From positions 2,292 through 66,291 of the forward strand of contig JANXBY010000038.1 of NCBI GenBank assembly GCA_025060455.1: a stretch of 64,000 bases of DNA, read 5' to 3'. The DNA comes from Armatimonadota bacterium. Lineage in GTDB: Bacteria; Sysuimicrobiota; Sysuimicrobiia; Sysuimicrobiales; Sysuimicrobiaceae. This document shows positions 1 through 9,067 of the stretch, in pieces; within the stretch, counting starts at the first letter, position 1; every line of letters starts with the position of its first letter. The notes under the pieces are model-generated. The model was not told where the DNA came from. It did no database searches and saw nothing but the letters and a program-made list of their open reading frames with translations. A program made the translations under genes and the position numbers.

Positions 1-43
1 CTGTTCCAGTTCGGGGAGTGAGGGCCACCGCGCGGAGGCGGGG

Positions 44-1768
44 ATGCGGAAGTTCGTCTCGGACCTGATCGTGGACCTGCTCCAGCGATTCGAGATTCCC
101 TACGTCAGCCTCAACCCGGGCAGCAGCTTCCGGGGGTTGCACGACTCCCTGGTGAACTACGGAGGGAACCGTCCGGAGATCGTGGAGTGTCCGCACGAGA
201 AGATCGCCGTGGGCATCGCCCATGGGTACGCGCGGGTCACCCGCCGCCCCATGGCCACCGTGCTGCACAACGTGGTCGGGCTGCTGCACGGAAGCATGGG
301 GATCTACCAGGCTTTCCTGGACCGGGTCCCCGTGCTGGTGCTGGGTGCGACGGGGCCCGCGGACGTGGCGCTGCGGCGGCCCCGGATCGACTGGGATCAC
401 ACCGCCCTCCTGCAGGGACAGGCGGTGCGGGACTTCGTCAAGTGGGACGACCAGCCTGTGGGCGTCGAGGCTCTGGTGGAGTCCTTCGCCCGTGCCTATC
501 GGGTGGCCTGCACGGAGCCCGCGGGCCCCGTGTACCTCTGCTACGACGTGGCGTTCCAGGAGGAGGCGCTCACCCGGGACGTGCCCCTCCCGGACCCGAC
601 CCGGGCGGCGTACACACGGCTGTCTGCGGAGCCCGGGGCCGTGGAGGTGGCCAGCGAGTGGCTGACGTCCGCCCGGAAGCCGGTGATCGTGGCGGACCTG
701 CTGGGCCGGCACCCAGAGATGGTGGCCGCCCTGGCCGAGCTGGCGGAACTGCTGGCAGCACCCGTGGTGGACGCGGGCGGGCGGCTGAACCTCCCCAACG
801 TGCACCCCCTGTGGCGCCGCAGCCGGGAGGTGGTCCGCGGGGCCGACTGCGTCCTGCTGCTGGACGTACGGGACAGCTTCGGTTGGCTGCACGACTACGA
901 CGAGCGGGAGCGGAAGGCGCAGCGGCTGGTGTCGGAAGGCTGCCGGGTGGTGGAGGTGGGGTTCGGAGACCTGGGCATCCGCGCGTGGTCGCACCAGTTC
1001 CAGCGATACCAGGAGGCGGACCTATCCATCCTGGCGGACACCCGGGACGCGGTGCCCGCGTTGGTGGAGGCGTGCCGGGACCGAATCCGGCGCCGTGGGG
1101 ATGCGGAAGACCGCCGGGTGCGGCTTTCCGCGTTGGCAGAAGAGCACGCACAGATGCGGGCGCGTTGGCGCGAGGTAGCCCAGTCGGCCCCTCCGAAGGC
1201 CCCCATGGCCACGGCCCGTTTCGCGTGGGAGGTCTGGCAGCAGATCCGGGACCGCGACTTCGTGTTCACGGGTAGCCTGGTGAACGACTGGGTGCTGAGG
1301 TTGTGGGAGTTCGACCGCCCGGACCGCTACTCGGGCAAACCCCTCGGCACGGCCACCCAGATCGGCATCAGCCTCGGGGTGGGGTTGGCGTACCGCGGCT
1401 CGGGGCGGCTGGTGGTGAACGTGCAGACGGACGGCGACTTGATGTACGACCTCGGGGCCCTGTGGGTGGCCAGCCACTTCCGAATCCCCATGCTCACGGT
1501 GATGTTTAACAACCGGGCGTACTACAACGACTGGGAGCACCAGATCGAGGTGGCGCGCCACCGCGGGCGGGACGAGGCGAACGCGTACGTGGGCATGGAG
1601 CTGGATCACCCGCCACCCGACTTCGCCGCCGTGGCCCGGGCCCTTGGGTGGTATGCGGAGGGGCCGCTCGAGGACGCGCGGGAGATCGGGCCTGCGGTGC
1701 GGCGGGCCTTAGAGGCCGTGGACAACGGAACTCCGGCGCTGGTGGACTGTGTCACCGCGTTTCGCTGA
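44..1768 (+). CDS. Thiamine pyrophosphate-dependent enzyme (acetolactate synthase/benzoylformate decarboxylase-like fold)
   Basis: 574 aa. N-terminal TPP-enzyme pyrimidine-binding region (NPGSSFRGLHDSL) and C-terminal TPP-binding region (GSGRLVVNVQTDGDLMYD). GGAGG ribosome-binding site before ATG at 44. Confidence 0.8.
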   Translation: MRKFVSDLIVDLLQRFEIPYVSLNPGSSFRGLHDSLVNYGGNRPEIVECPHEKIAVGIAHGYARVTRRPMATVLHNVVGLLHGSMGIYQAFLDRVPVLVLGATGPADVALRRPRIDWDHTALLQGQAVRDFVKWDDQPVGVEALVESFARAYRVACTEPAGPVYLCYDVAFQEEALTRDVPLPDPTRAAYTRLSAEPGAVEVASEWLTSARKPVIVADLLGRHPEMVAALAELAELLAAPVVDAGGRLNLPNVHPLWRRSREVVRGADCVLLLDVRDSFGWLHDYDERERKAQRLVSEGCRVVEVGFGDLGIRAWSHQFQRYQEADLSILADTRDAVPALVEACRDRIRRRGDAEDRRVRLSALAEEHAQMRARWREVAQSAPPKAPMATARFAWEVWQQIRDRDFVFTGSLVNDWVLRLWEFDRPDRYSGKPLGTATQIGISLGVGLAYRGSGRLVVNVQTDGDLMYDLGALWVASHFRIPMLTVMFNNRAYYNDWEHQIEVARHRGRDEANAYVGMELDHPPPDFAAVARALGWYAEGPLEDAREIGPAVRRALEAVDNGTPALVDCVTAFR

Positions 1769-1781
1769 GGACGTGGGCTCG

Positions 1782-3962
1782 ATGCGGACTGTAGGCCGCG
1801 CGGACGGGTGGGCCAAGGTCACGGGCCGCGCGGCGTACGCGGGCGATGTACGCCTGCCGGGGATGCTGTACGCGGCCTTGGTGCGCAGTCCACACCCCCA
1901 CGCGCGGCTCCTCCGGGTCGTGAAGGACGCCGCGTGGTCCGTACCGGGCGTGTGCGCGGTCCTCACGGGCGAGGACGTCCCCTACGGCACGTACGGGCGG
2001 CGGGTCCGGGACATGCCGGTGCTGGCGCGGGAGGTGGTACGCTTTGCGGGCGAGCGGGTGGCCGCGGTGGCCGCCCACAGCCTGCAGGCGGCCCGGGAGG
2101 CCGCACGTCGGGTGGAGGTGCACTACGAGCCGTTGCCCGCGGTCCTGGACCCGGAGGAGGCGCTTCGGCCGGACGCGCCGCGGGTGCACGAGGCCGCGTG
2201 GAGGTATCCGGGGGCCGTCGTGGGGCCCGACGACCCTCCGAACCTGCAGTCCCGCCGGGTGTGGCAGTACGGGGAGGACGTGGACGCGGTCCTGTCGCGC
2301 TGCCCCTACGTGTTCGACGAGACCTACACCATCCCCGCCGCCCACCAGGGGTATTTGGAGCCCCACGCGTGCGTGGCGTGGTGGAAGCCGGACGGCTCCG
2401 TGGAGGTGTGGGCGTCCAACAAGAGCCCTCACCGGCTGCGGGCTCAGCTCGCCGCGTGCCTGGGCGTCCCCGCAGACCGCGTCCGGGTGATGCCGGTGTA
2501 CGTGGGGGGGGACTTCGGTGGGAAAGGCTCGCCCATGGACGTGCCCGTGTGCGTGGCCCTGTCCCAGGCCACGGGCAGGCCCGTCAAGCTGGTAGTGGAC
2601 TACGAGGAGGACCTCACGGCCGCCAACCCGCGTCACAGCGCCGTGGTGCGGGTGCGGCTGGGGGTGGACGGAGAGGGCCGCATGCAGGCCCTGGACGTGC
2701 GCGCGGTGGTGGACGGCGGGGCGTACGCCGCCTTCAAGCCCGTGGAGCACGTGAACCTGAACGGGTTCGCGGAAGCGGGCAACACGTACCGGATCCGGGC
2801 GGTGCGGATCGAGAGCCTCATCGCGTACACCAACACCGTCCCCCGGGGCCACATGCGCTCGCCGGGTTCCCTGGAGGCCAACTTCGCCGTGGAGTCCACC
2901 GTGGACGTGGCTGCCCGGGCCTTGAGGCTCGATCCTCTGGAGTTCCGGCTGCGCAACGTCCTGCGCACGGGAGACCGAGGGACCTTGGGGGAACCGTGGA
3001 TGGAGGTCCGGGGCGAGGAGGTGGCCCGCGCGGCGCTGGCTGCCCTCCGCGAGGGTGAAGGGGCGGGGGAAGAATCGACGGCGGACGGCGGCCGGTGGGC
3101 GCGGGGAGTCGGGTTCGCCTTCTACTGCAGGGCGGCCCACGGCGGGGAGACGGAGGTGGAGCTGCGGCCCCAGCCGGACGGTTCCGTGGTGGTGCGGGTA
3201 CCGTTCCCGGACCAAGGGGGCGGGCAACACACCGTGGTCCGCAACGTGGTGCAGAGGGAGCTGGCCCTTCCCGCAGAGGCGGTGTGGGTGCAGCAGGCGG
3301 ACACGGAGGAGCTGGGCACGGACTCCGGGGTCGGCGGAAGCCGTGTGAGCCTCACGGCCAGCGCGGCCGCCGCGCAGGCGTGCGCGCAGCTAAGGGAACG
3401 GCTGCGGCAGGAGGGACTGGAGGGCTGGGAGCTGCGAGCAGCCCTGGCGGAGCTGGCGCGCCGCAGGCCAGGGGAGTCCGTGCGGGCCCAAGTAAAGGTG
3501 GACGAGGAGCTGTGGATGAACTCCTTCTGCGTGCAGGCGGCGCGGGTGCGGGTGGACCGCGACACCGGCGAGGTGCGGGTGGACGAACTGGTCACCGCCC
3601 TGGACGTGGCGGGAGTCCTGAACCCTCCCTCCCACCGGGCGCAGGTGGAGGGCGGGGTGGTCATGGGACTGGGCTCTGCCCTCTGCGAGGAGGTGGTGAT
3701 GGAAGACGGTCGCGTGGTGTCGGGTAACCTGCACGAGTACCGGCTGCCCTCCGTGAGCACGCTGCCACGTCTGCGGGTGGTGTTGGTGCCCGGCGGTCGG
3801 GGCTGGGGTCCGTACGGGGTGAAGCCGGTGGGGGAGATGACCAACGTGGCGGTGGCGGCCGCGGTGGCCAACGCGGTGGCGGACGCGGTGGGCGTCCGGG
3901 TCCGACGCCTTCCCATCTCCGCGGAGGCGGTGTACCGGGCGATGCAGGAGGCAGGTCGGTGA
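1782..3962 (+). CDS. Xanthine dehydrogenase/aldehyde oxidase-family molybdopterin-binding large subunit
   Basis: N-terminus MRTVGRADGWAKVTGRAAYAGD is typical of CoxL/XdhA-type Mo-hydroxylase large subunits and the length fits. Start is ambiguous (GTG 1749, GTG 1773 or ATG 1782); 1782 chosen to avoid a long overlap with the upstream gene. Confidence 0.85.
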   Translation: MRTVGRADGWAKVTGRAAYAGDVRLPGMLYAALVRSPHPHARLLRVVKDAAWSVPGVCAVLTGEDVPYGTYGRRVRDMPVLAREVVRFAGERVAAVAAHSLQAAREAARRVEVHYEPLPAVLDPEEALRPDAPRVHEAAWRYPGAVVGPDDPPNLQSRRVWQYGEDVDAVLSRCPYVFDETYTIPAAHQGYLEPHACVAWWKPDGSVEVWASNKSPHRLRAQLAACLGVPADRVRVMPVYVGGDFGGKGSPMDVPVCVALSQATGRPVKLVVDYEEDLTAANPRHSAVVRVRLGVDGEGRMQALDVRAVVDGGAYAAFKPVEHVNLNGFAEAGNTYRIRAVRIESLIAYTNTVPRGHMRSPGSLEANFAVESTVDVAARALRLDPLEFRLRNVLRTGDRGTLGEPWMEVRGEEVARAALAALREGEGAGEESTADGGRWARGVGFAFYCRAAHGGETEVELRPQPDGSVVVRVPFPDQGGGQHTVVRNVVQRELALPAEAVWVQQADTEELGTDSGVGGSRVSLTASAAAAQACAQLRERLRQEGLEGWELRAALAELARRRPGESVRAQVKVDEELWMNSFCVQAARVRVDRDTGEVRVDELVTALDVAGVLNPPSHRAQVEGGVVMGLGSALCEEVVMEDGRVVSGNLHEYRLPSVSTLPRLRVVLVPGGRGWGPYGVKPVGEMTNVAVAAAVANAVADAVGVRVRRLPISAEAVYRAMQEAGR

Positions 3963-4489
3963 GCGCCCGCACCGTGGAGCTGTTTGTGAACGGGCGGCGG
4001 GTCCAGGCGCCCGTGGAGGGCGCGGAGTTCCTCGCGGAGTTCTTGCGGGAGCGGCTGGGGCTTGCGGGCACCAAGGTCGGGTGCGGGATCGGGGCGTGTG
4101 GGCTATGCACCGTTTGGATGGATGGACAGGTGGTGAGCAGCTGCCTTGTGCCCGCGGTGGTGGCCGCAGGGCGGCACGTGTGGACGGTCGAGGGTCTGAC
4201 GGACCTCGCGGAGGGAAGGGTGACGGACGCGCCGCCGGGGCTTCCGAGTCCCCAGCTGGTCCAGGCGGTGCAGAGGGCGTTCGTGCAGTGCGAGGGGCTC
4301 CAGTGCGGGATCTGTACCCCAGGACAGGTGTGGGCGGTGTGTGCGCTGCTTTCGGAGGAACCGCGGCCCTCCGAGGAGCGGGTGCGCGAGTTCCTCGCCG
4401 GCAACCTGTGTCGGTGCACGGGCTACCAGGGCATCCTCAGGGCGGTCAGGCAGGCTTCGGAGGAGTGGGCTCCCAGTGAAGACCCCTGA
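3959..4489 (+). CDS. (2Fe-2S)-binding small subunit of the Mo-hydroxylase (CoxS/XdhC-like)
   Basis: 176 aa with a plant-ferredoxin-like cysteine cluster (CGIGACGLC) and a second cluster (CGICTPG, CRCTGY). 4-nt overlap with the large-subunit stop. Confidence 0.9.
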   Translation: MSARTVELFVNGRRVQAPVEGAEFLAEFLRERLGLAGTKVGCGIGACGLCTVWMDGQVVSSCLVPAVVAAGRHVWTVEGLTDLAEGRVTDAPPGLPSPQLVQAVQRAFVQCEGLQCGICTPGQVWAVCALLSEEPRPSEERVREFLAGNLCRCTGYQGILRAVRQASEEWAPSEDP

Positions 4490-5339
4490 GTACGTGACGC
4501 CCACAACCCTTCGCGAGGCGCTGGAGCTCCTTTCGGGCGCCGGCGGCGGGGAGGCCGTGGTGTGGGCGGGAGGGACAGGACTTGGACCCCTCCTGCGGCG
4601 GGGCCTGGCATCCCCCGCGGTGCTGCTGGGGCTGGAGAAGGTCGGGGAGCTGGGAGGCGTTCAGCCCGCGGACGGCGGCTTGCGGCTGGGTGCCACTGTG
4701 CGCCTGCGAGACCTGCAGCGTTCGCCCGTGGTTGCGGCCCGGGTCCCGGCGCTGGCGGACGCGGCCGGGCGGGTAGGAAACGTGCGGGTCCGGAGCCTGG
4801 CCACGCTCGGGGGACACCTGTGCCACGCGGACCCCGCGCAGGATCTGCCACCGGTGCTGGTGGCCCTGGGGGCGCGGGTGTGCCTTGTGAGTCTCCGGGG
4901 TACCAGGGTGTTGCCGCTGGAGGAGTTCTTCGTGGGGCCCCTGCAGACGGTCCTCTCCCCCGAGGAGCTCCTCACCGAGGTGTGGGTGCCGGGCGAGTCG
5001 GCCTCCCGTAACACGGTCTATGCGCGCTTTGCGCCCCGTAGCCCCGAGGACTACCCCACCGTGGGTGTGGCGGTCAGCGTGCGCCTGGATCCGGACGGCG
5101 TTTGTCAGGAGGCACGGGTGGCGGTGGGCGGGGCGGGGCCCACGGTGCTTCGGATCACGGCCGCGGAACAGGCCCTGGTGGGAGGGGTGCTGGCGGGGCA
5201 GCGGATCCGCGACGCCGCCCGGGAAGTAGAAGCCGCGGTAGACCCCTGGGACGACTCGCGGGGGAGCGCGGAGTACAAGCGGGCCATGGCGCGGGTGTGG
5301 ACGGAACGGGTTCTGCAGAAGTTGGCGGACGAAGTGTGA
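4476..5339 (+). CDS. FAD-binding medium subunit of the Mo-hydroxylase (CoxM-like)
   Basis: Starts VKTPEYVTPTTLREALELL...GGTGLG, a FAD-binding PCMH-type domain. An in-frame GTG at 4476 overlaps the small-subunit stop; the longer ORF from 4341 would overlap the previous gene by about 150 nt. Confidence 0.85.
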   Translation: MKTPEYVTPTTLREALELLSGAGGGEAVVWAGGTGLGPLLRRGLASPAVLLGLEKVGELGGVQPADGGLRLGATVRLRDLQRSPVVAARVPALADAAGRVGNVRVRSLATLGGHLCHADPAQDLPPVLVALGARVCLVSLRGTRVLPLEEFFVGPLQTVLSPEELLTEVWVPGESASRNTVYARFAPRSPEDYPTVGVAVSVRLDPDGVCQEARVAVGGAGPTVLRITAAEQALVGGVLAGQRIRDAAREVEAAVDPWDDSRGSAEYKRAMARVWTERVLQKLADEV

Positions 5340-5362
5340 GTCCACAGGAGGTGGTGATCCCC

Positions 5363-6370
5363 ATGGCGAGGTGGGTTTACCGCGGTTGGGTCGCCGCTGC
5401 GTTGGTGGTGGCCCTGGTGTCGGCTTCGGCCGCCCAGGCGGACCTCGTGGCCGCGGCCAAGCGGGAGGGCCGGGTGGTGCTGTACGGCTCCCTCACCACG
5501 CTGGACGTGGTGAACAAAATCTTCGAGAGCCGGTACGGGGTGTCCGTGGAGTACTGGCGGGCGGCGAGCACGCGGGTGCTGGACCGCGTGCTCAACGAGA
5601 CGCGGGCGGGCCGCCCCCAGTTTGACGTGGTGCAGACCAACAGCAGCCCCATGATGATCCTCCGGGAGGCAGGCGCGTTCGCCCGGTACGCCTCTCCCTC
5701 GTACGAGCTGTTCGGGAAGTCCACCCGGGACCCGCAGTCCCTGGTGTCCCCTCAGTTCCTGGTGATTCCCATCGGGATCGTGTACAACACGCGCCTGGTG
5801 CGCCCGGAGGAAGCACCCCGCAGCCTCACCGACCTCCTGGACGCGCGGTGGTCGGGCAAGGTGGTGATGGCCGACCCCACCCTGCACACCACCACTGCGC
5901 AGTGGCTGATGGAGCTGCGGTCGGTCCTGGGCGCGCAGTGGCGGCCGTTCCTGGAGGGGCTGGCAGGCCAGGTCGGCGCGTACGTGGAGTCCTTCATCCC
6001 CGTGGCAGACCGGCTGGTGCGGGGCGAGTTCCCGGTGGGCCTCACCTACATCCGGTACGTGTACCAGTTCGGGAAGGAAGGCGCGCCTTTGGACTACGTG
6101 CGGCTGCCCGTGTTCCTCGCGGACGGCCACCGCATCGCCCTGGGCGCGCGGACGAGCCGCCCCAACGCGGCCAAACTGTACATCGAGACCCTGCTGTCGC
6201 GCGCCGGCCTGCTGGCCCTGGCCCAGGACGGGGACTTCGTCTCCCTGCCCGGGGTTTACCCGCCGCTTCGGGACGCGGAACGGCTTCGGATCGTGGCCAT
6301 GCGGGACTACGACGAGGCGGGACTGACGCGAGCCCGGGAGGAGTTGGGCCGGATCTTCCGCAGGCGGTAG
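5363..6370 (+). CDS. Periplasmic substrate-binding protein (PBP2 fold, Fbp/Afu-like), orphan
   Basis: Real start is probably ATG 5363 (MARWVYRGWVAAALVVALVSASAAQA, signal peptide) rather than the 5102 ORF start. Extracellular solute-binding protein family 1-like. No cognate permease or ATPase adjacent. Confidence 0.75.
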   Translation: MARWVYRGWVAAALVVALVSASAAQADLVAAAKREGRVVLYGSLTTLDVVNKIFESRYGVSVEYWRAASTRVLDRVLNETRAGRPQFDVVQTNSSPMMILREAGAFARYASPSYELFGKSTRDPQSLVSPQFLVIPIGIVYNTRLVRPEEAPRSLTDLLDARWSGKVVMADPTLHTTTAQWLMELRSVLGAQWRPFLEGLAGQVGAYVESFIPVADRLVRGEFPVGLTYIRYVYQFGKEGAPLDYVRLPVFLADGHRIALGARTSRPNAAKLYIETLLSRAGLLALAQDGDFVSLPGVYPPLRDAERLRIVAMRDYDEAGLTRAREELGRIFRRR

Positions 6371-6821
6371 CGGCCCGCCCGTTCCTGGAGTGCTTCCCCT
6401 GGCAGGTGAGCCGTGCGGGGCACGCAATCGGGACACCCCGTAGCCTTGTACGGGAGAGGTGAGACGCCGGCCGCGACCGTCGCGTTTCGCCCGTGAGGTC
6501 TCGCGCGGCAGCGCCGGTGCAGCCCTTCCACGGGGTGTTGTTAGGGCCAGGAGCGGCGTGTCCCCTTTCTGGGGAGGGGGACACCGCGGACGGGGAAGGC
6601 CACGGGGGTGAAGAGGAACCAAGACCAACCGGTACCCCGTGGACGCCTGCCCGGCGGTGTCCTTTCACGCCCCCGTAGGTACGGGTCTCCTGGGCGCCGA
6701 CGGAGGGATTGCTGGGCTCCCAGCAACCCGGGTCGATCGTGCAGCCCGCGGGGCAGTGGCATGCGGCCGGTACGTGCACCGGTTCCCCCGGCTTGAGCTG
6801 TACCTGCCGGAGGAGTAACGC

Positions 6822-7610
6822 CTAGGGGGCGGAGGCGAGGCGGCGCCGGAGGCTTTCCTCGTAGGCGGTGTAGCCCAACCGGGCGGACACCTCCCGGCAG
6901 GCGGCCACGATGGCCCTGCGCAGCTCGTCCCTCTGCCGGTGGAACCGGTAGGCGGGCACCGACAGGCTCATGGCGGCCACCACCTCGCCTCGGTGGTCGC
7001 GGATGGGGGCCGCCACGCAGCACAGCTCCAGCACCGCCTCCTCGATGTCAAAGGCGTATCCGCGCAGGCGCACCTCCTCCAGCTCTGCCCGCAGCTGGTG
7101 CAGGTCAGTGATGGTGTTGGGGGTCAGGGCCGGTAGGCCGGTCCGCGCCAGCAGCGCCTCGACCTCGGGCCACGGGCGCGCGGCCAGGAGGATCTTGCCC
7201 ACGGCGCTGCAGTGCGCGGGCAGCTCCACACCCACCCCCGTGACCGACACCTGCACCGCCCGGGTGCCCTGTAACTTGTCCACGTACAGCACCCGGCCCG
7301 ACTCCATGGTGGCCAGGTGGACGGTCTCCCCGAACCGGCTCACCAAGTCCTCCATGACCGGCCGTGCCTCCACCCGGTACTGGGTCGTGGTCAGCAGGGT
7401 GGTGGAGAGGGCTAGGATCCGCCAGCCCAGGCGGTACCGCCGGTCGGAGGTCCGGCGCAGCAGGCCGATCTCGCACATAGTGCACAGGAGGGCGTGGGCG
7501 GTAGACTTGGGGATGCCGAGCAGGGAGGACACCTCGCTGACGCTGCGTTCGGGGTGAGTCGCCCCGAACAGCTCCAGCACCTGCCCCACCCGTCGGACCG
7601 TGCTGAGCAT
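6822..7610 (-). CDS. IclR-family transcriptional regulator
   Basis: 262 aa with an N-terminal HTH (VSEVSSLLGIPKSTAHALLCTMCEIGLL) and a C-terminal IclR effector-binding domain. Divergent from the downstream Liv-type/pobA operon. Confidence 0.9.
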   Translation of the reverse strand: MLSTVRRVGQVLELFGATHPERSVSEVSSLLGIPKSTAHALLCTMCEIGLLRRTSDRRYRLGWRILALSTTLLTTTQYRVEARPVMEDLVSRFGETVHLATMESGRVLYVDKLQGTRAVQVSVTGVGVELPAHCSAVGKILLAARPWPEVEALLARTGLPALTPNTITDLHQLRAELEEVRLRGYAFDIEEAVLELCCVAAPIRDHRGEVVAAMSLSVPAYRFHRQRDELRRAIVAACREVSARLGYTAYEESLRRRLASAP

Positions 7611-7663
7611 CTGTCTTGCTATTATACGGCTGGCCGAGATCCTCTGGAAGAGGTATTTTCCGG

Positions 7664-7687
7664 TATCGTGAACCTAGGTTCCGGATA
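7664..7687. promoter_or_regulatory. Near-perfect 24-bp palindrome TATCgtGAACCT/AGGTTCcgGATA (perfect 12-bp core GAACCTAGGTTC); candidate IclR operator
   Basis: Read directly in the iclR/livK-like divergent intergenic region, which is AT-richer than the surrounding genome. Flanked by direct repeats TTCCGGTAT and TTCCGGATA. Confidence 0.5.
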
Positions 7688-7776
7688 GAAGAACAGACCC
7701 CTTGCCCGGGGCAGCTCTGCGGCGGATTCTAGTGCCGGTCCGCTGGACCTCTGAAGTTGGTCGACGGGGGTGAGCC

Positions 7777-8973
7777 GTGGCTCGCAGCACGTTGTGGGTG
7801 TCGCTTCTGGTGCTGGCGCTGGCGGCGGGAAGCGCCGCGGGGCCGGCGGGGGTGGTGAAGTTGGGTGCCGTGATCCCGCTCACCGGCAGGTTCGCCTCCG
7901 GGGGAGCTCAAGTGCGCACGGGTTACGAGATGGCCGTGGAGGACCTGAACGCCCGGGGAGGGGTGCGTGTGGGCGGCCAGTCCCTGCGGGTGGAGCTGAC
8001 GATCCTGGACGACGAATCGGATCCCACCAAGACCGTGAGCAGGATGGAGGCCCTGGCCCAACAGGACATCGCCGCGTACCTGGGCGGGTTCGGCAGCGAC
8101 CTGCACGCGGCTGCGGCCGCGGTGGCGGAGAAGAACCGTATCCCGTACTGCGGGGTCGCCTTCGCCCTGTGGGGGATCCACCAGCGCGGCTACAAGTACC
8201 TCTTCTCACCGTTCCCCAAGTCACCTGAGCTGGCCATTGAAACCTACCGCATGCTCAACGGCTACCTCCCGCCGGACCAGCGGCCCCGGCGCGTGGCCAT
8301 CTTCGCGGAGCGCACCGACTGGGGCCGGGAGATGGCAAACCTGTGGTCCATCCGATCGACGGAGTTCGGCTACCAGGTGGTCTTCCAGGGGGAGTACACG
8401 GTGGGCACCCGCGACATGAGCGACCTGGTCCTGCGGGCCAAAGCCGCGGGCGCCGAGCTGGTCCTGGCGGTGCCGACACCTCCGGACGGGATCACGCTGG
8501 TGCGGCAGATGAAGGAGCTGGACTTCAACCCGAAGGCGTACGTGCTCATCCGGGCTCCCGACGCGCCCGCGTGGGGCCAGAGCCTGGGAAAGGACGGGGA
8601 CTACACCTTGCTCATGCCGGGGTGGCACCACGCGGTGAAGTTCCCTGGGGCCTCCGAGCTCAGCGCCAAGCACCAGCAGCGCTTCGGCCGACCCGCGGAC
8701 GTGCTGGTGGGCCCGTCCTACGCCTGCGTGCAGGTGGTCGCGGACGCCATCCAGCGGGCAGGGAGCCTGGACCGGGAACGGATTCGGGAGGCCATGGCCT
8801 CCACGAACCTCAGGGCCACGGTGGTGGGGCCGGTGCGGTTCCGCCCCGACGGCACGAGTCCCGTGACCACCGTGGTGGTGCAGTGGCAGGCTGGGCGGCA
8901 GGAGCTGGTGTGGCCCAGGCAGTTCGCCACGCGGCCGCTGGCCTACCCGGCTACCCCTTGGCGCAGCCGGTAG
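7777..8973 (+). CDS. ABC transporter substrate-binding protein, LivK/Leu-Ile-Val-binding family (candidate aromatic-acid binder)
   Basis: 398 aa with signal peptide and PBP1 LivK-type fold (GAVIPLTGRFASGGAQ...LDDESDPTKTVS). First gene of an operon ending in pobA. About 70% identical to the paralog at 28711. Confidence 0.9.
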   Translation: MARSTLWVSLLVLALAAGSAAGPAGVVKLGAVIPLTGRFASGGAQVRTGYEMAVEDLNARGGVRVGGQSLRVELTILDDESDPTKTVSRMEALAQQDIAAYLGGFGSDLHAAAAAVAEKNRIPYCGVAFALWGIHQRGYKYLFSPFPKSPELAIETYRMLNGYLPPDQRPRRVAIFAERTDWGREMANLWSIRSTEFGYQVVFQGEYTVGTRDMSDLVLRAKAAGAELVLAVPTPPDGITLVRQMKELDFNPKAYVLIRAPDAPAWGQSLGKDGDYTLLMPGWHHAVKFPGASELSAKHQQRFGRPADVLVGPSYACVQVVADAIQRAGSLDRERIREAMASTNLRATVVGPVRFRPDGTSPVTTVVVQWQAGRQELVWPRQFATRPLAYPATPWRSR

Positions 8974-9067
8974 GTGAGGGGGAGGGGCCATCGTCGGACG
9001 TCTGTCTGACACCACTGCGCCACGAGCTGGCGCGGCCGCCAGGAAGGCGCTGCTGCAGCTGTGGGGC

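Noticed and set aside
187-5014. Many long overlapping ORFs in alternative frames and on the antisense strand of the TPP-enzyme/Mo-hydroxylase genes (for example 187-1275 +, 1752-3230 -, 1808-3058 +, 3122-3916 -, 3661-4419 -)
   Set aside because: Typical of 70% GC DNA, where stop codons are rare off-frame. The proteins are low-complexity (G/R/P/A-rich) with no domain resemblance, and they overlap well-supported genes.
6371-6821. Possible cobalamin or c-di-AMP (ydaO) riboswitch, RNase P, tmRNA or SRP RNA in the 450-nt gap
   Set aside because: Only loose motif resemblance (a GCCACTG-like string, CACGGGGTG repeats). The gap lies between convergent 3' ends with no downstream gene to regulate. No hallmark conserved cores were found.
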